The position numbers and the translations under genes were made by a program. A stretch of 64,000 bases of DNA from the human T2T-CHM13v2.0 reference genome, Homo sapiens. The notes under the pieces are model-generated. The model made no database searches. It was not told the DNA's origin and saw only the letters and a list, made by a program, of their open reading frames with translations. The stretch lies in the NCBI RefSeq assembly GCF_009914755.1, contig NC_060927.1. One strand, written 5' to 3'. Positions within the stretch are counted from its first letter, which is position 1. Each line of letters begins with the position of its first letter. Below are positions 61,290-64,000 of the stretch, in pieces.

Positions 61290-62031
61290 CAGTGCTAATA
61301 TCCATGTAGCGAAACAATGAAAGGGTTTCCTATCAGTTCCAAATAGGACGTGAAAAACTCTCAGTGCTAAGAGTAGAGGATGCTAGAATAGGGCAATGGG
61401 AAACGCCTGAGTCACCGGAGGGCCTCTTTGATTCCGACAGCCCAATCACTGAAAAGGAAAAAGAGAGAGAGAGTGGTTCATTAATGATCCGAGGGAGGGG
61501 ACAGGAAAGACAGGCCCTTCACAGGGGACCTCCCCAGAGAGCTGAGAGCGGGAGAAGCCCGGCAGTGGGGACACCACCCAGAGAAAGAAACAGAGCTGAG
61601 GCTCCACCCGTGCACCCGCCCCACCCAGCCACCCAGCACGTCCACGAGCCACGCGCCAAGGGCAGTTCTGGTTTCCACAGATAAGCATTTAAGGAAGAAT
61701 GTTCAGGAGTCCTGCTGTATTCTTCACCAGACTTGTCTCAGAGCAGCTGCTCACCCAGGAGCTCCATGGCCACAGGGATGCCCAGGACAGGGACGACTGC
61801 TTGCCCACTGCCGTGCTCTGGGGCTCTGGGCAGTCCCTCGGCCTCACCCACTGCTCAGATTTTCTGCAGGAAAAATGGGAGAGCCACCCTTTCAAAGAGT
61901 GACCCGGGCCCGGTTCCTCCTCAAAGCCTTTCGGAATGAATCTCCCAGTTCCCCACTGACTGGACATAGAACCTCTGCTCTTTCCTTCTCTAAGGCTGTG
62001 CTAGTCCATTATTCATTAAAAGACAAAATGA

Positions 62032-62957
<926 letters not shown>

Positions 62958-64000
62958 TTAAAAGACAAAATGTGGACACACACATGGCCCCAGCAAGCAA
63001 GATTGATTACTAACTTCGTGGTGGCGTGCACATGCACACGATGTTCCACAAGCTCATCATCTATTCGAGTCGAGAGTATTCAGTTATCAGCCTCAGAAAT
63101 CCAGAAGGAACCTCACATCCCAGGAGCCTCTGGCATTTCAGGGCCTTTCACTCCAAGGAGCCGCCTCCACCGGGCCTTCCCCAGCAGGATGTATATGGCC
63201 CTGTCTGTGTGCTAGGAGGAGAAGGGCAGGCCCGTGTGCTGTCTGGTGCTAGGTGTGAGACCACAGCCTTTCTGGAAAGGCTTTGTACTGTGCTGCTGGT
63301 GTGCAGACCCCGTGCGTGGTAGGGGCTTCAAGAATACGCATCAAATGAACCCGAACCCAAGGACGCTTGCTCACCTGTGTCATCTGGGGGTCTCCTTCCA
63401 CAGGAAGCACATCTGGGCAGAGTGAAGGCTCCCAGGGCTCAGGTCCAGAAAGAGCTGGAGGCTCCTGAGAGCAAGGGGCCCTACTCGGCCATGAGCCCAG
63501 AACAATGCGAGCTTCGCACACCGCAGGTGTGTGCGTGTGGGAGCCTCTTCCTGAAGCCTTGGGGTCAGGGGCCGGGGCCCAGCAGGCTGGGTTTATTGTC
63601 CATTGTCTCAGGCCGGGACAGGAAGCACTTTCTGTTCCCAATTGCTCGGGTGGATTAATTTACAGTGGGGAGCTCAGAGTCGCCCACGGCACCTGTTTTC
63701 CCCTCTGAGGGGCCAGCTTCCAGCTTGGAGGGTGTTTCAGGAGGGGTCTCCTCTGCAGAGACGTGGCCTCCTCCAGAGACCCTTGGCCACAGCCCCTGCC
63801 CGCTCCGTGCTGGGCCGAGGCCAAGGCCCTGGCAGCCCTGCCTGCTTGCCCGGGTCACGCTGCCCACCCACGGGGAAAGCTGAGCCCTGTGGAGTGCACA
63901 CCATGCTGTCAGCAGTGAGCCATGGTGAGGCAGCCTCAGCAATGTGTCTTCTCTTTGGTTGGGAATCCGCTCTCTCTTCCAGGTTCAGGGGCAGGTGATG

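Overview
Human genomic DNA: repeat-dense (Alu, L1, L2, MIR, MaLR/ERVL LTRs, hAT MITEs) with no intact multi-exon protein-coding gene. Two landmarks identify the locus from recognition, not a database search: a processed TMED10 pseudogene at ~25.6-26.8 kb (probably TMED10P2), and the 149-aa GR6 ORF at 60840-61289 on the minus strand (C3orf27, now LINC01565). Together they point to the chr3q21.3 interval between GATA2 and RPN1, the breakpoint-cluster region of inv(3)/t(3;3) AML. The window also holds an orphan CpG island (~42.7-43.6 kb), an AT-rich minisatellite and several motif-dense unique stretches that look like enhancers. I found no new multi-gene system. The best leads are a locally templated composite insertion carrying an exon-sized Alu fragment (21.2 kb), a probable twin-priming L1 inversion, a triple-Alu insertion hotspot at a former hairpin, two closely spaced inverted Alu pairs, and candidate GATA2-domain enhancers. 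Repeat subfamily calls and boundaries were made by eye and are approximate.
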